The notes under the pieces are model-generated. The model was given only the letters and a program-made list of their open reading frames with translations, was not told the DNA's origin and made no database searches. This document shows positions 1 to 15,128 of a stretch of 64,000 nt of DNA, in pieces (positions within the stretch are counted from its first letter, which is position 1; every line of letters starts with the position of its first letter). The stretch is from Moniliella sp. 'wahieum'. Taxonomy: Eukaryota. The position numbers and the translations under genes were made by a program. The DNA is taken from NCBI GenBank assembly GCA_003971905.1, contig RSEE01000016.1:1-64000 (forward strand), given 5' to 3'.

Positions 1-269
1 AGGATGTGGCACTGTACGACGGCGGACTCTACCTACGAGGGGTGGACAGGATCAACGAGTGGACCACAAGCGCCTTTATTGTCCCCGGCGGCACTCGCTT
101 CCTCATCTTGCACGAGCACAAACATGACGAGGGCATCCGCAATTTCTTTCTGGACGTGTGGGAGTTGTGGGTGAAACTCAACCTTAACCCGCTTCGCGAG
201 CCCAACTCGCCGGTCCTGTCGGCTTCCTTTGACTCGCGGGTTCGCGCCAGTGCTCGCAGGTATCTCTAA
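1..269 (+). CDS. TRS20: TRAPP complex subunit Trs20/sedlin (TRAPPC2), 3' part; 5' end lies outside the window
   Basis: Translation LYLRGVDRINEWTTSAFIVPGGTRFLILHE..DEGIRNFFLDVWELWVKLNLNP...SFDSRVRASARRYL* matches the sedlin C-terminal half. Confidence 0.9.
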   Translation, partial: DVALYDGGLYLRGVDRINEWTTSAFIVPGGTRFLILHEHKHDEGIRNFFLDVWELWVKLNLNPLREPNSPVLSASFDSRVRASARRYL

Positions 270-628
270 TGCTGGCTCCTCTGTTTCGTCTTGGTCCCCG
301 CACCCTGCATCCCACATCTCAGACCTCGCCTGGCCGGATTATACCACTCGATCCAACGTTCAACGTTGGACCTTCCCCCCACACCCATTTCTTTTTCTGG
401 TCTGATTTCCGCTTGATCGCTATAGCACCCCCTCCTGACACATTTCCAAAAGGGGTTTGCCGAGAGTCAGACAGCTCTTCCTCTCACCTATAGCCTAAAG
501 CCCCTCTATCCGGCCTAGAAAAATAGTCCCCCCGCTGTCTCAGTGTCTCTGACAGTGTAAAGCAAACAGGGAATGAAGGATGTATACATGTCGTCGATCG
601 TAGCACCATTCGAAAGGAAATGCGGGGG

Positions 629-1955
<1,327 letters not shown>

Positions 1956-2574
1956 TGTCGCTGATATGCCGTTGGGAGGCGACCAGATGAGGCGTAGGAG
2001 TGATGGTGGAGGCCGCCAGGCCAGCGTGGGACCAACAGCTGACGACGCGTCCCACCGGGTGGCATCATATTACGTCAGGCGACCGGCCTCTGATCGATCT
2101 GACCCTTGCGACCCACGGGTGCTGCAGACGGAATCGGGTGGCATTCCGCTGAAATGGGTGACTCATGCGTGATGGGTGGTGGTGCAGTAGAACACAAATC
2201 ACATCACCTGCCCAGTGTCACATATATCACATGGCACGTGCTCTGCAGGCGATGGGATATGACATGATCACACCTGGCTGAACAGAAGCTGGCCCTGTCG
2301 GATGTCCTGCCGGCCGTGCTTGAGCCTGAAACCCAGGGTCGATAATCGATAAGGGCTTTGTGGCGGTGTTAGCGCTTGGCGCGTCAAGCTCCAAGGTTCG
2401 TCTGAGCGTTGAACTCCAACGTATTCGCCGCCCAGTGCCCCCGTCAAATCCCCTCCCCAGGCCATGCAACGAGCCGCCTCCCTCACACATCCGTCGGGCC
2501 AGATGCCTGTTATCTCCCGCATGCAACGCCGCCCCCCGCCCGACGCCATCCCCCCTCCTCCTTGCCGCCTGCGC

Positions 2575-4583
2575 ATGCCTGCCCCTCCCCATCGCACGTA
2601 GCCACGCGCCGCCCCGCGTTGCTGCCGCCGGCACCAAGCTGGGCCCTGCCATTCCCGACGGCAAGGACGCCGATCTAGGCTCCCTTGCTCCCAACACGAA
2701 CGATGTGGCTGCCACCCCCTCAGTCTCGGCTCTGGCCCATGACGCCTCTGCCTCAGCCTCGTCCGCTCCCTCTACCCGGGCGCCCCATTGGCTGCAGGAA
2801 GAGGAAGAGCAACATGTGCCGGCGAACAAGCTCTGGATCGTCCTACCCGGTCTGATGCTCAGCATCTTTCTCGCTTCCTTGGACCAATCCATCGTATCCA
2901 CCGCTCTACCCACCATTGTGTCCGAGCTGCATGGCGGTCCGGGCGGATACAGCTGGATTGGCACCGCTTACCTCCTCACCTCAACTGCCCTTGTCCCCCT
3001 CTACGGCCGCTTGTCCGACATGGTAGGCCGCAAGCCCTTGCTGTTCATTGGCATTTTCGTTTTCCTCCTGGGTAGTGCGCTGTGCGGGGCAGCCCAGTCG
3101 ATCATCTGGCTCTGCGTCGCTCGGGGCGTTCAAGGCGTAGGGGGCGGGGCCGTACAGGCCCTCTCGTCCATGGTGGTGTCGGACATTACCACCCTCCAAC
3201 AGCGCCCTCTCTTTCTCAACCTCATTTCTCTCACTTGGGCCATCTCGGCCGTGTGTGGACCGTTGCTGGGTGGTGTGCTGGTCCAAACGATCGGGTGGCG
3301 ATGGTGGTGGTACGTGTACTAAGGCTCTGCGCTCCGCTCTCTGACATATGGGTCGGCACGCTACTGACCACGCATGCATCCCCACCAGTTTCTTCATCAA
3401 CCTCCCCACAGGTGGAGTCAGTGCTTTCTTACTTCTTTGGCTCAACCTCAACCAGACAGACAGGTTAACAGTACGAGAATTGGTTCAAGGTTTCGACTGG
3501 CTCGGCTTGTTCTACATTGTAACAGGGGTAGTGCTGCTGCTCCTTGGCTTCACTACAGCCGAGACCAATTCCTGGTCCGCTCCTTTGACTGGGGCAGGGA
3601 TTGGGTTGGGATGTGGTCTGTTGATCGTCTTTGTTGTCCACACCTTGTTCACCAAAAAGGAACCTGTGGTCAACCCACGTCTGCTCAAAACCCGCACCAC
3701 CGCCCTGATGCTCGTTGCGCTCGTGTTGCATGGCTATGTCTTTTTCTCCATGACGTTTTACCTCCCCGAATTTTTCCAGACGGCCATGGGAACCACGTCG
3801 CTCGTGTCAGGGGCCCAGATGGTACCATATGCAGTACTAGGATCGATTGGGTCCATCCTTTGTTCTCTCGTGGTGACGCGTCTGCGAGCCTACCGCCCCG
3901 TTCTGTGGGGCGGATTGGTCGTCATGCTAGTGGGGCAGGGGCTGATGTGCATGCTCGACGACCGCACCTCGCGCGCCAAACAGATCATATATTCCGCTGT
4001 GGCGGGGATTGGGGCCGGATGCATGTTCCAAGTCCCGCTGGTGGCCATGCAAGCTGCCATGCCCGTCTCTGCCATCGGCACCACCACAGCCGCCTTCGTC
4101 CTCGCCCACACGCTCTCTGGCACATTGGGCGTGACCATCTCCGGCTCAGTGTTGAACGATAACTTTGCCTCGCGGGCACGGAGCTTACCTGGCTTTCCCA
4201 CGGATGGCGCGGAGCAAACTCTCCTGCACGTGCGTTATCTTCGCGACTTGCAGCCACCATCGCTTGCGCGAGCTGCGATACATCAGTATGCTTTGGCCGT
4301 CCGCCTGGTCTGGGTGATGTGTGCGCCGATGACTGCCGGCGCACTGATCTGCACTTTGCTCATCAAGGGGTATTCCCTCCGCCGTGCACCGCGGTCGGAC
4401 GACGGACCTTCTTCCCGCACCGAGGGCGACGGTGGCGCCTCACTGGGCCCACCCCGATCTCTCGGCGGTGAGATGGAACTGATGCCCATACCCTTGCCCG
4501 ACCAGCCCCATCTTCGCATGGCGACGAAAAGAGATGATGTCGATGAGACGCGCACCACCGGTGAGTTTGAGCTGGCAAAGTGA
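2575..4583 (+). CDS. MFS transporter, DHA2 (14-TM drug:H+ antiporter) family; intron 3310-3388; start codon uncertain
   Basis: FLASLDQSIVSTALPTI, YGRLSDMVGRK (motif A), ARGVQGVGGG; GWRWC|FFINLP is restored by removing a GTACGT...CTGAC...CAG intron. Confidence 0.9.
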
Positions 4584-5193
4584 AGCTTGAAGCTTTTGAA
4601 GGACGGTTCGCGTCTTGCAACGGAAGAACGTTTTTGTGCTGTCCATGTTTGTTTATTTTGGCCTGCCCGGTTTGGATTGGGGTTTGATGTTTGCTGGCGG
4701 AGGCATGCGATCTGAGGTTGCATCATGCACATGACCTGCATGTGCATGGCCGTAGGGTACGTCTACTGATCGTTTCCTTGTCCTGGGGTAAGCGGGCACC
4801 TTCTCTATGAGAAAAATGCACACTGCATTTGCGCCTGAGCCGACGAAAGATGGTGGTCTACGGAACCCGGGTAACTTCGATGACTCCATGGCTAGTGACT
4901 ATAATGACGGTGACTAGTGACTCTTCATAGTGTGGTCACCTTTCCTTTTCCTCAATATCGCGATTGAATTGGATCGTTGGCCAATATCCAATGGACACCA
5001 TCTGCACAACTTACTATAGTACCGACTGTAAGAGTCACAACATTGCATGACAGAAGTTCAAATCCGCCCCCCACGTGTTTAAATAAACCAGGCGGTTTCA
5101 CGTTCAACGCTCCAGCTGTGCCGCTGCTTCGTACCCTGCGCGGCCGTCGGATCGAATCAACCTGATCCTGCCTCGTCTATACCACACCATCTG

Positions 5194-6248
5194 ATGTCAC
5201 TGCCAGACACCCCAACGCTACTGGACTTGGTGCGGGACATTTACCCTCAAGTGCAGCCCTATGAGCCGTTGTCACCGGGCGTCCCCCCCGCCTGGGACCC
5301 AGCCGCTGCTCCGGTGGACGAAACGAGCGCCACGGCCGACGCACTCGATAAGCTCCTGATCGTGGACCTACCGGTCGCCGGGTACACCCTGACCTCATGT
5401 CGTGCCAGCCCGGAGGAATGCGAGAAGATTGCAGGGGTGATGAACCACCCCATGGTCTTTCCGACGCTGCGTAATCCACCTGTGCCTTACCTCACAGACC
5501 ATGCTTTGGTCTGGTCCACCGTCGAGCGCCGAAAACAGCTTGCCGCTCTGGTGGCTTTGACATCGCGTGCTGACTCGGTTGCGCCCCAGTTGTTCCCGGG
5601 GTACACACCACTGGGAGCAATTCGATACAAGGACGAGCTGGTGGGCACAATTGCGATCAGTGGGCATGCCAAGGGAGCGCCCTTTGCCGAACAAACGTGG
5701 CACATTGGTACGTCCTACTTAACCCCCCTTACCTGCATTTCTATGATCCATCTCCGATCTCCTCTCGTCTCGCTGCGCTTTCGGCTTTGGAAGGGCTAAC
5801 TTTGCGTGTTTGTTTGCATTTGCGGTTACGCGGGCTTCTAGGCTACTCGCTTCATCCGGACCACGGAGGAAAAGGGGTGATGCAAGCGGCGCTTCGAGCT
5901 CAGATGGACTTTATTCGAGCAGTACGCACAGCGTTGGGCTTGCCACCTCAGTTGCCTCTTTCGGCCGACCAATCCCCCCGCCCACTCTTTTGGGGCGCAG
6001 CCATGGAGCACAACAAGGCTAGCCAACGGGTTATGATCAAAGCCGGTCTTACCCCCATGCGCAAAACGCAAGATCCCGATGGACGCACCTACGGCCAACG
6101 CGGTGCCGATTTGGTCCCGCCTGGGGGGCGTTGCCCATGGGCATTTTACCTCCTGAGGTGGTTGGGCAGCCGGTGTGGGATGTGGAGCTGGAATCGCTCA
6201 CGTAAGGCGAAGATCCGAGGTGGGAGGGCCTTGGTTGTAGGAATCTGA
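5194..6248 (+). CDS. GNAT acetyltransferase, RimJ/RimL-like; intron 5708-5841; 3' end uncertain
   Basis: LRNPPVPYLTDHA, ELVGTI, spliced WHIG|YSLHPDHGGKGVMQAAL (acetyl-CoA motif A), HNKASQRVMIKAG. Confidence 0.75.
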
Positions 6249-6992
6249 TTCGCCCTGGTTGGTCTTGTGGTTGCACGGGGAATGCACATAGCGCAACTGT
6301 GAAGGCTGGAGGTTCTCATGGGCGCATAATGCTTTGAGTATGCAAAAGCTAAGCAAAAACAAATAGAGACGGAAAAGGAAAAGGATCCACATCAGATGAA
6401 GCAGTTACTAAGCAAGTGAAGGGGAAATGGAAGCGAAGAGGGAGGCTGTTGAAATAGGCAGGAAAAGAGGTTGCTATATACCAGTAGGTAACCCATTGAC
6501 CAGATGGCGTACAGGAGCCCACACAAAAGGCAGTTTTTGACCGGGAAAAAGCATACTTTAACGCGATGTAGTTGGCCATAAACGAAACATGCCGTCCCTC
6601 TTAAGATGATGCCCGGTTGGAAGCTGAGTTATTTGTGTGTTGGCTTATACGTGCGAAAGAAATCACACCGCTCGGGCTCACTTCGGTTCCTTGCCCGCAA
6701 GTACATCCCAGTACACGCCTTGTCGGTCTGTGTACCCATCTAATTCCACTCCCCATAACCATCACCAACAACGAAAGGCATGCAAATCGAATTGAACAAG
6801 GCGCGCGCACTGCCAGCCTGCCAGTCAGGCCGAATGTCCAGGCACTCAAGATAGCAGGACGCAAGGGACTGCAGGACCAAAGGAAATCCCTTCCAGGCCT
6901 CATCACCCAGCTTCCAACGATGTCAAGCAACTGAAGTGCCCTTCACTCGAGGACGACGCAAGGATCCTAATGTACATGGCGCGTCCGTGGAC

Positions 6993-8730
6993 TCAACGGC
7001 TCCACTGCCCTTTGGCACTAGGAGCAGTCTTGGGTTTGTAATGGCCAGCCTTCTTATCCTGGTCCTTGTAATCCCTACGCCGAGCCACCCGAGCCCGCTT
7101 GGCCTCTTGGGCCTCCTCCTCTTCGTCCGCATCGGCATCCCCTTCGCCGCCTCCCTTCCGCTTGGGCGGCCCGCGGAGCGCGGCACCAACAGAAATGTTG
7201 ACTTTGGGGGGCACCTTGAACCCAAACGCTCGTCCCACCTTGGTCAAGTCGAGTTGGTGCACGTCAAAGATCCGTTTGAGCGAGTAGGAAGCATAGGCAG
7301 AAAGGTAGGCACGGTAGCCCTCTTTGGCACTCTCGTGCAAAAAGTAGTTTTTGGAGATGAGCTTCTCCAGTTGACCTTGCACATTGGCAATCTTGTTGGG
7401 GGGGAAGGTGTATTCGTTGAGAGGCACCTTGGCCAACTTGAGGAACCGAAGGAAACCCAGCTCCGAAGGAAGCAGGAACAAGAGGGACTTGCCCGCCTTG
7501 CCCGCACGGGCGGTACGGCCAACACGGTGAATGTAATCGCGCGGGTCATCGGGCGGGTCAAATTGGATGATCCAGTCGACCTTGGGGATATCGAGTCCTC
7601 GGGCCGCCACGTCGGTACAGAGCAAAATGCCCTCCGGCGCATTGCAGAATTCGAAAAAGGTGTTGGTCCGTTTCTGTTGCTTTTGCTTACCGTGGAGGTC
7701 CAACACGGGCACGTCAATGTAATTCAGCAGTTCAGCATGGTACTTGACACTGTTGCACGACGACATGAACACAATCGCCTTTTTCCCTTTGTTTTTCTTC
7801 AAAAACGTAAACAGAAGAAGGAACCGCTTGTCGCTGTCACACACCACGTAACCTTGCTCCAGTCCCGACACAGTCGACGCCATCTTGTCCGCATGAACGT
7901 TGATGTACAGCGGCCCGGGGCGGAGAGAGATGCGAGCCAGGTCCTGGACCTTAGTCGTCTGCGTAGCCGAAAAGAGCATCGTCTGGCGGTTTTCTTATGA
8001 GGGCAGAGGGGTTAGAAAGTGTCCGACGTCAGAGTTCGCGTTGGGAGGAGCTTGTGCGTGCAAAGCAAGCGAAGGCAGACGTACCACTGGGAAGCAAACT
8101 GATTATCTGACGCATTTCATCTTCAAACCCAATTCGAGGATCCGATCGGCTTCATCAATGACAAGCGCCTTGAGGTTGGACACGACGAAGCCCTTGGTAT
8201 TCCTCAGGTGGTCCAATAGGCGACCGGGAGTGGCAATGATCAGGTTGATACCCTTTTGCAACTTGTCCGATTCCTGTTTGCGGTTCGCGCCGCCCATAAT
8301 AATCCCAAATGTTTGGGTCAGACCGCCACGGCCCATGATTTCCTTGGCGACCAAAAATTTGCAACGCCAGCTCACGGGTGGGAGAGAGGATGATGGCGCC
8401 GGTCCCGTTGCGGGGCTTGAACTTGAGCCGGTGCAAAAGTTCAATGGCAGGAACGAGAAAGGCGAGTGTCTTTCCGCTACCCGTCTGCGCGGCTCCCAGA
8501 ACGTCCTTTCCAGCCAGGAGCGGGGGGATACAGCGCGCCTGTACCTCCGTCATCGTCTTGAAGCCCATCGCGTCCAACCCCTTGGCTGTCGCGGGCGTCA
8601 AGTCCAGCGAAGAAAACGGGGGTTTCTCCACGGAGGACTTCTCCCCCGCAGTAGAGCTTCCCTGTTGGCGCTCATCCTCCGCAACGTCGGCGGCGAGCTG
8701 GGCGGCGAGTTGCTTCTCGGCGCTGTCCAT
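6993..8730 (-). CDS. HAS1: ATP-dependent DEAD-box RNA helicase Has1 (ribosome biogenesis); intron near 7992-8108
   Basis: [71 protein letters not shown]. Confidence 0.95.
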
Positions 8731-9442
8731 CTTGCACTGGTGGTTGGGACAAGAGGCAGACGGCAGGCGGCGACCAACCCAAGAAAATTACAAGGACTGG
8801 CCCTGGGCACATTTTTTTGCACCGAACGATCATCGGATTTTCACCGTCACCGGTTAGCGCCCTTGAAAGTTTTCGGCGGCTACGCTTGTGCCTTTTTGAG
8901 GCTCAGTTCGTGCTTTGGTCGGACTGGTTCATTGCTGCTCTCCAAGTTCATCAGCGCATCAGCTTCTTCACCTATGTCTGGTGGACTGGAAAATACTATT
9001 CAGTTTGTTCAATGTTAACACCCTTTACTCCTTTGAACACCTAGTAGCAGTCGGTACCATACGCAGGACAACCCCCCGGAACATATACAAAAGGCAGTAG
9101 AGTGTCAAACGGACCCGCCGAAAAGATCACCGCCTCTATGTATAACACCCCACAAAAGAGGGCGGTCTCAGCGCTGCAAATCCATGGAACAATGAGCGAA
9201 CAAATGAGGACAGGGGAAAGAGATTCCATAGGCATGTGTAGTTGATAAAGATTGTAGTTTCCAGAGAGATCGGCGCGGCAAAGTTGTGGAATCGAGAAAG
9301 CAAAGGGAAGATGGAGAAAAAGAGATACCATATGAACACCACAGATGTAGCATATGAGGAGATGTTTCGATTGTGGAAGAGAAAGAACGAAAAGAGAGAG
9401 TGTGTGGGCAGATAGGGGGTTGCATAGCCTATAGATTTGTGT

Positions 9443-11515
9443 TCATGCAGCAATCTCAACGCATTCTCCAATCCACTGACCATCATCCATAGGTCCCCCA
9501 AGGACTTGTTGGTAAAGAAATAGGCCTACCGAGGCCCGACTGATGGAAGATACCGGGATCATGTATCGACTAAACACGCTCTTGGACTGAGATGACGAGG
9601 AGGAGGAGTTCCCTTGACCGAATGTTGAGCGTGCTTGCACCTGTTTCGTTTTCCCTCTCCCAAGCCGAGTGTTGGAAGTAAGCCAAAGCGGACGACGGAC
9701 AATGCACCAGTCGTAACCATAGTATTCATCTGGATTGGGAACCTTCTTGAGCTCAGTGCCATAGCTGGTAGGAAGAGATTGAGATCCCTCTTCTCCATTG
9801 CCCATCGTATTCGAATTAAAGAGGGCCATTCCCTCAGCACTTGGCAGGCGTTTATCGCTGTGCATCAAGACCTGCTCCATTCTCTGAAAGTCGCGCTTGC
9901 GGTCCAGCTGTTCGGTCGCATCTTTGCTCCGGAAAAGTCTGGAAGAACGTAAACCTCGGGGGCGTGTTGGAAGAGCAGGGTTACCCACTCCTGCGGAACT
10001 GAGGGCAACCAAAAGGGGTTGCGACTTGCCCCCGCCATAGTACAATGCTGTCAGTAGATTTCTGGCAAGTCTCTCTCGGTCTCCATACGACGGGGAAGTG
10101 GTAAGGCTGAAGTCCATTGTACTAGAGTCGGATTTGATGGGGGATGTGTCAGAGAACCGCTCAGTTGGGCTCTTGGTATTTGAGGCGATACCCTGCACCT
10201 CGACCTCATTACTCTTATTGGAGGGTTGAGCAGGTGTGGAATGAGACTGGGCTGTTCCTAGTATGAATGGTGCTGCCCCAGTATGTCTTCCCCGACCCAA
10301 CGGGAAAGAGAAATGTGAGAGTAGGTTGTGATGCCATCTTGCTGGTGCGTGGGCTGGAGCAGGTTGATGGTGACTCCTGCCTGTTGTTGCTGGAGGGAGT
10401 GACGACAGAGGTCCGCTGAGACGATGAGGGTTTGATGCTTAGCAGCAACACAGCGTCCAATGGGCCGTGCCGTCCTGCCCGTTCCAAACCTTTGGAGAGG
10501 CTCATTGGGTCCATGTAGTTGGCTTGAATAACCTGGAGTGCATACGGCGTTGAACTTCGGTAAGCCTCTTGTTCGGAATGGATTTCAGGGTGAACTGAAA
10601 TCATTGATCCGCCCACTTTTCTTCCAAGGGCTGAATCGGACTGGCGTAGAGCCTGAACCACAAAGAAAGGAGAAGGATCGAGCACAGTGAGGTGGTACCT
10701 CTTATGCGCCCTCGTCCCCTGCGAAGAAGAATAGCGGGAAGGGGAAGTAAAAAGCAAGTTGGCTTTGAGCAGGCAGAGCAACGTTTCGAGCCCGCATCCC
10801 GTCCGTGCGCCCAAGAGGACAATGTTGCGTACCTCTGTCACTTCAAACTTGAAGCCACTTGGGGAGGCAGTACCAGTAGAACCGAAGGGAGAACCTGGGG
10901 AGGACGATACAGAGAATCGGGGTACTGGAGCAAGCAAGGGGCCTACTGAATCATCCGGATCCAATGGGGTCGGTGGTTCCTTATTGCCTCTGTCTGCAGA
11001 TACAATGATCGAGGGTACAACAGAAGATGGCTCAACAAAAGTGGTACGAGAGTAGCGCCCCTCACTCTGAATTAAGTCATTAGGGACCCCGCTCGGGACT
11101 ACGCCTGTAGTGTTGCGCTGAAGGTAGTTGTTGTTCAAAGGGGAGAGATGGGGGAGGCAGACTTTCGGGTGGCTTGTGGACGGATTGGATGACGCAGACC
11201 AAGGCCCGATGCGCTTTTCCCAAGTTGGTTAGAAAGAGGACTGGATGTGGTGACGTTTGCACTGTTGATGGATCGAGGAGCAGTTGTGGCAGGTGTGCTG
11301 AGTCCATGACTGGCAAGGCCAACGGTACTCATGCCGACTGAAGGTGTTAGAAGGAACATGCTGCGAGACTGTGTCTCATCCTCAGTGATGGAAAGAGAGG
11401 TACGGGAGGCGGAGCTTTCGCTCAATTCCTTTACATGAGGACGATAGATATGCTTGAGCCAAGGGAAATGAAGGAGTGGGCGAATGTGATTGCTGTCCTC
11501 GCGAGTCACGCCCAT
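9443..11515 (-). CDS. Atypical NAD(P)-binding Rossmann protein (flavin reductase/biliverdin reductase B-like SDR) with long Ser/Pro-rich insertions; frameshifted across 3 ORFs
   Basis: NIVLLGARTGCG (beta1 glycine loop), LVALSSAGVG, DFQRMEQVL, YDWCIVRRPLWLT and SISRASVGLF occur in the order expected for this fold. Confidence 0.55.
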
Positions 11516-13521
11516 GGTAATGTATCCAGCAAGAGAGTCGGAGGGACGAAAACAGAAAATGAGAGAGAAGTTGGGAGACAAAAAGAGACTGGTCGCGATG
11601 TGAAGAGAGAGTGTGTAGGATGGTGGTGGCGTATGGTGCAAAAGGATGGAAGGAGGGTGGTATAGAGCAGAGCTATTTTTGTGCTTTCCACCCACCCCAC
11701 CCCAAATAGAGCTCCGCAGGGTGTCCCGCCTGTATGTTGCCTCTTTCTACCGCAGACACAACACCACCTACTATATGCCACCTTTTTTTGATAATCATTA
11801 GACTGACAGTTTATATAAACTTTTCTGTTGCTCCCCGATTTCCCATGCGCGGGGGAATTCACAACACGTCCCATAGTGCAGCATATATATAACTGCATGC
11901 AGGGAGATGATTATACCCTCCCCTACACCCCTACTATGCATTACTGGTAGGGGAGGAGATGAGCACTGTATATCAGGTCCAAGGCACTTGGCATCCCATA
12001 CTCTCCTTCCACTCACAACACCTCCCGCCCCAGGCGAAGTCTCTCGAAGTATGCGTGTGGGCAACAGGGTGAGAGGGCATCAGCGCGAATGCCCTATTAT
12101 AAACACTTCCCTTCCTGTTACACTGCGTTGTATATACTCGAAACCACAACATTATATGCCAAACACACATGGCATTTCTGCCTGCAATATATCTGTGACG
12201 ACACCCCCTCATCCCCAACAAAAATGGTATAAAATACACTTACCCGCCCAAGGGGCCAACCGTTGGTTATCATCATACTAGGACGCCTACTAGCAACCAC
12301 AATCGTATTTCTGTTGTTTTCAAGAACTCTGTTGCTTCTCTTTATACGAGAACACAAAAGACCATTATGAAAACCGTGATGAAGAGAGCTGCTAACAAAA
12401 GTCTCGAGACATCATTATATGGGGCCCCGACTTTGTCCATTTGTGAGGAATGGGCGAGAGGAGGAGGCGTGGCCCGAGAACACTGGTGGTCGATCTGGCC
12501 AACAGGACCAGTAGTCCGAAGGTCACTGGCACCACTGCTTGAGAGAGAGCTATTCCCGAGAAGAGCAACTTTGTTACATGCGCTCTGTGGTCTGTCTGCC
12601 TCTGCCGGTTTTTTGTTTTACCCCGGTGCCCCACCTGCTACCTGGAGGACTGGTGACGTAACAGCCATGTCTGCCTTGCCTTTCCGTTGTTGTGGACGTT
12701 TCAGGGGACAGCAGTGTGCTGGCGGCCGACTTTTCTCGGCAGGCATCCACCGCATATGGCACGGTGTGGCACCTGCCCGCAGAAGAGACAGCCGCCTTCG
12801 GACCTGCGCGGCCACAGTTCGATTGGGTCACACTGCCTCTCTGCCCTCTGCGGGCCGTGGGAGCACCGCGTGGGCTGCGTTGGCCTGGGATGCAGCTTGC
12901 AGGCGCTGCAGGGTGGCCCGCAAGGGGCGAGTGGCCTGCTGTGGCCTGCATAGGGAGCTCGATGCGCGGGGAGGCTGCTGTGGAGCCTGTCTCCTTGGCG
13001 GAGGCGGGGGAGGCAGGCAGGGGGATGCATGATGCGTGATATGTGATAGCTGCGTGGGATCGCTGCTGCACTGCCCTGGTGACTGCCGCGGTGCGTGAGG
13101 GTGGGCGCTGATCCGGCGGATCGCTGAGCTGGATCGGCTGTGGGCTGCGCGCGCTGCTGCGGTGCGGCGGTGATAGATGGAGGGTGCCTGATGCATGACG
13201 CATTCGATGACTGAACGCGAGGCTGCTGGCGGGGACCCGGGGTGTCTGAGCCGGTGGCTGCGCTGCCCAGCGGCAGCCCTGGCTGCTGCTCTCCACAAGC
13301 CAACCCCCGCCGCCCCTCAGGCCCCTCAGGCCTCACCACCACCGCCAGCTTCTCACGCCGCCGCAGAAGATCGGTCGCTGCCTGCCTGCTCGCTTGCTTG
13401 CTTGCTAGCTGGCCTGTGCTCGGCTGCGTCGTCCCATCGGCTCTGGTCTGCTCCCTCCCCCCGAGTCGCTCTTCGTCTGCCCCACCCATTCTCCCCTTCC
13501 CTCCCGCCGCCAACCTCCGCC

Positions 13522-15128
13522 ATGCTCTACCTCACTGCCGACAAGTTCCCCGTTTGTGCCTTTTGGCATCATCGGCTTCTATCGCTACTTCTGGTACATC
13601 ACCGCCTTGCGCCGCCGCCTTTGTCTACCGCCCCGTGCCACCCCCTCTCAACCCGACATACATCGCGTCGGAGGATGTCACCATCATTGTTCCCACCATC
13701 GACGCAGGCGAGGAGTTCAAGGAGGCCGCCTTCAGCTGGCTCCAGTCCAACCCGGCCGAGATTCTGATTGTTACCGAGACCAAGATGGTTGGCCCGCTCC
13801 AGGAATTGGCCAACGAGGTCGATCCCACCAAGATTCGCGTCATCACCGTCCCCAAGGCAAACAAGCGCCTTCAGATGGTCGAAGGCATCAAGCACACCAC
13901 TACCGACATCATCGTCTTTGCCGACGATGACTCCATCTGGCCTCCAACCATGTTGCAGTGGATGCTAGCTTGCTTTGAGGACCAGCAAGTCGGAGGCGTA
14001 GGAACCTCCCAGGGGTCAAGTCTACTGGTGCCAAGATGACCGTGTGGGAGACCCTTGCCGCTTTCCGTCTCTCGATCCGGAACTTTGAGATTGCCTCTTC
14101 CACCCATATTGACGGCGGTGTTCCCTGCCTGTCCGGCCGTACAGCCGCCTACCGTACCGTTATTCTCAAGGACCCGGCTTCATTCATGGCTTTACCAATG
14201 ACTATTGGCTGGGAAAGTACCTGCTAACTCGGGTGACGACAAATTCCTCACGTTGGATGGTCTCCCATGGCTGGAACACCTATATCCAAGTATGCCCTGA
14301 AGTGGAACTGCTAAGTACCATGAAGCCCGACTGGCGCTTCCTCAAGCAAGTTCTGCGCTGGACGCGCAACACATGGCGTTCTGACATTCGCTCCGTCTTT
14401 ACCGAACGCCACGTCTGGACGAGGCACCCTTATACCTGCTACACCATGCTGGATAAGTTCATCAATCCCTTCACTCTACTCTCCGGTCCGGCACTTGTGT
14501 TGTACCTGCTGTCCAAGACGGCCAAGCACGAGTACCACCTTGCCTGGTGGGACGTGATTCTGTCTTATATGGTCTGGATCACGGCCACTCGCACGCTCAA
14601 ACTTCTTCCTCACCTTTGGTTCCGCCCCCTGGACATTATCTACGTGCCGGCCTACATTGCATTTGGCTACTACTTTTCCATCATGAAGTTGTACGCGCTT
14701 TGCACTCTTCATGTGACCGCATGGGGAACACGTGCCGGTATTGGTGACCCGACGAGGCGCTCAGCGCCGGGAAGGAGAATCCGATTGGGGAAGTGCCACC
14801 TTCGAATGCTGCTGCGGCCCCGCAACCTGCTGAGCGCGAGATGTACTTTGCTTCAGGAGCGCAGGACACAGGGTAGCAACCCCTTTAACAACGAAGGTGC
14901 TGTCAGTGGTCGTCAATCGGCCGCTACGTACAACACGCGCACGAGCGCCTATGCAACGCCAGCGGAGGGTTTATCACTCCCCCTGAGGTGGAAGCCCCCC
15001 CTTCTTCCTACCCCACCAACGGGGCCGGACCAGCCTATCCCCATTCGCCTGTGCACGACGTACATGCGGCTGGTGGTACGTCCGGCATGGCCTATGGTCA
15101 TTCCAAGCCTCGTCCCAATCTGCCCTAG
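13522..15128 (+). CDS. GT2 processive glycosyltransferase, CPS1-like polysaccharide/hyaluronan-type synthase; frameshifted; 3' end uncertain
   Basis: N-terminal TM GIIGFYRYFWY, DVTIIVPTID, FADDD (DxD), LSGRTAAYR, GDDK, QVLRWTRN (QxxRW), C-terminal TMs and TAWGTR. Confidence 0.85.

Noticed and set aside
6936..9018. Long + strand ORFs (354 aa and 372 aa) opposite HAS1
   Set aside because: Antisense shadows of a GC-rich, codon-biased gene with no recognisable motifs.
12367..13520. Multiple overlapping 150-270 aa ORFs upstream of the GT2 gene (similar sets at 21700-22400 and 38900-39900)
   Set aside because: Very GC-rich low-complexity promoter or leader DNA lacks stop codons by composition, and there are no protein motifs.
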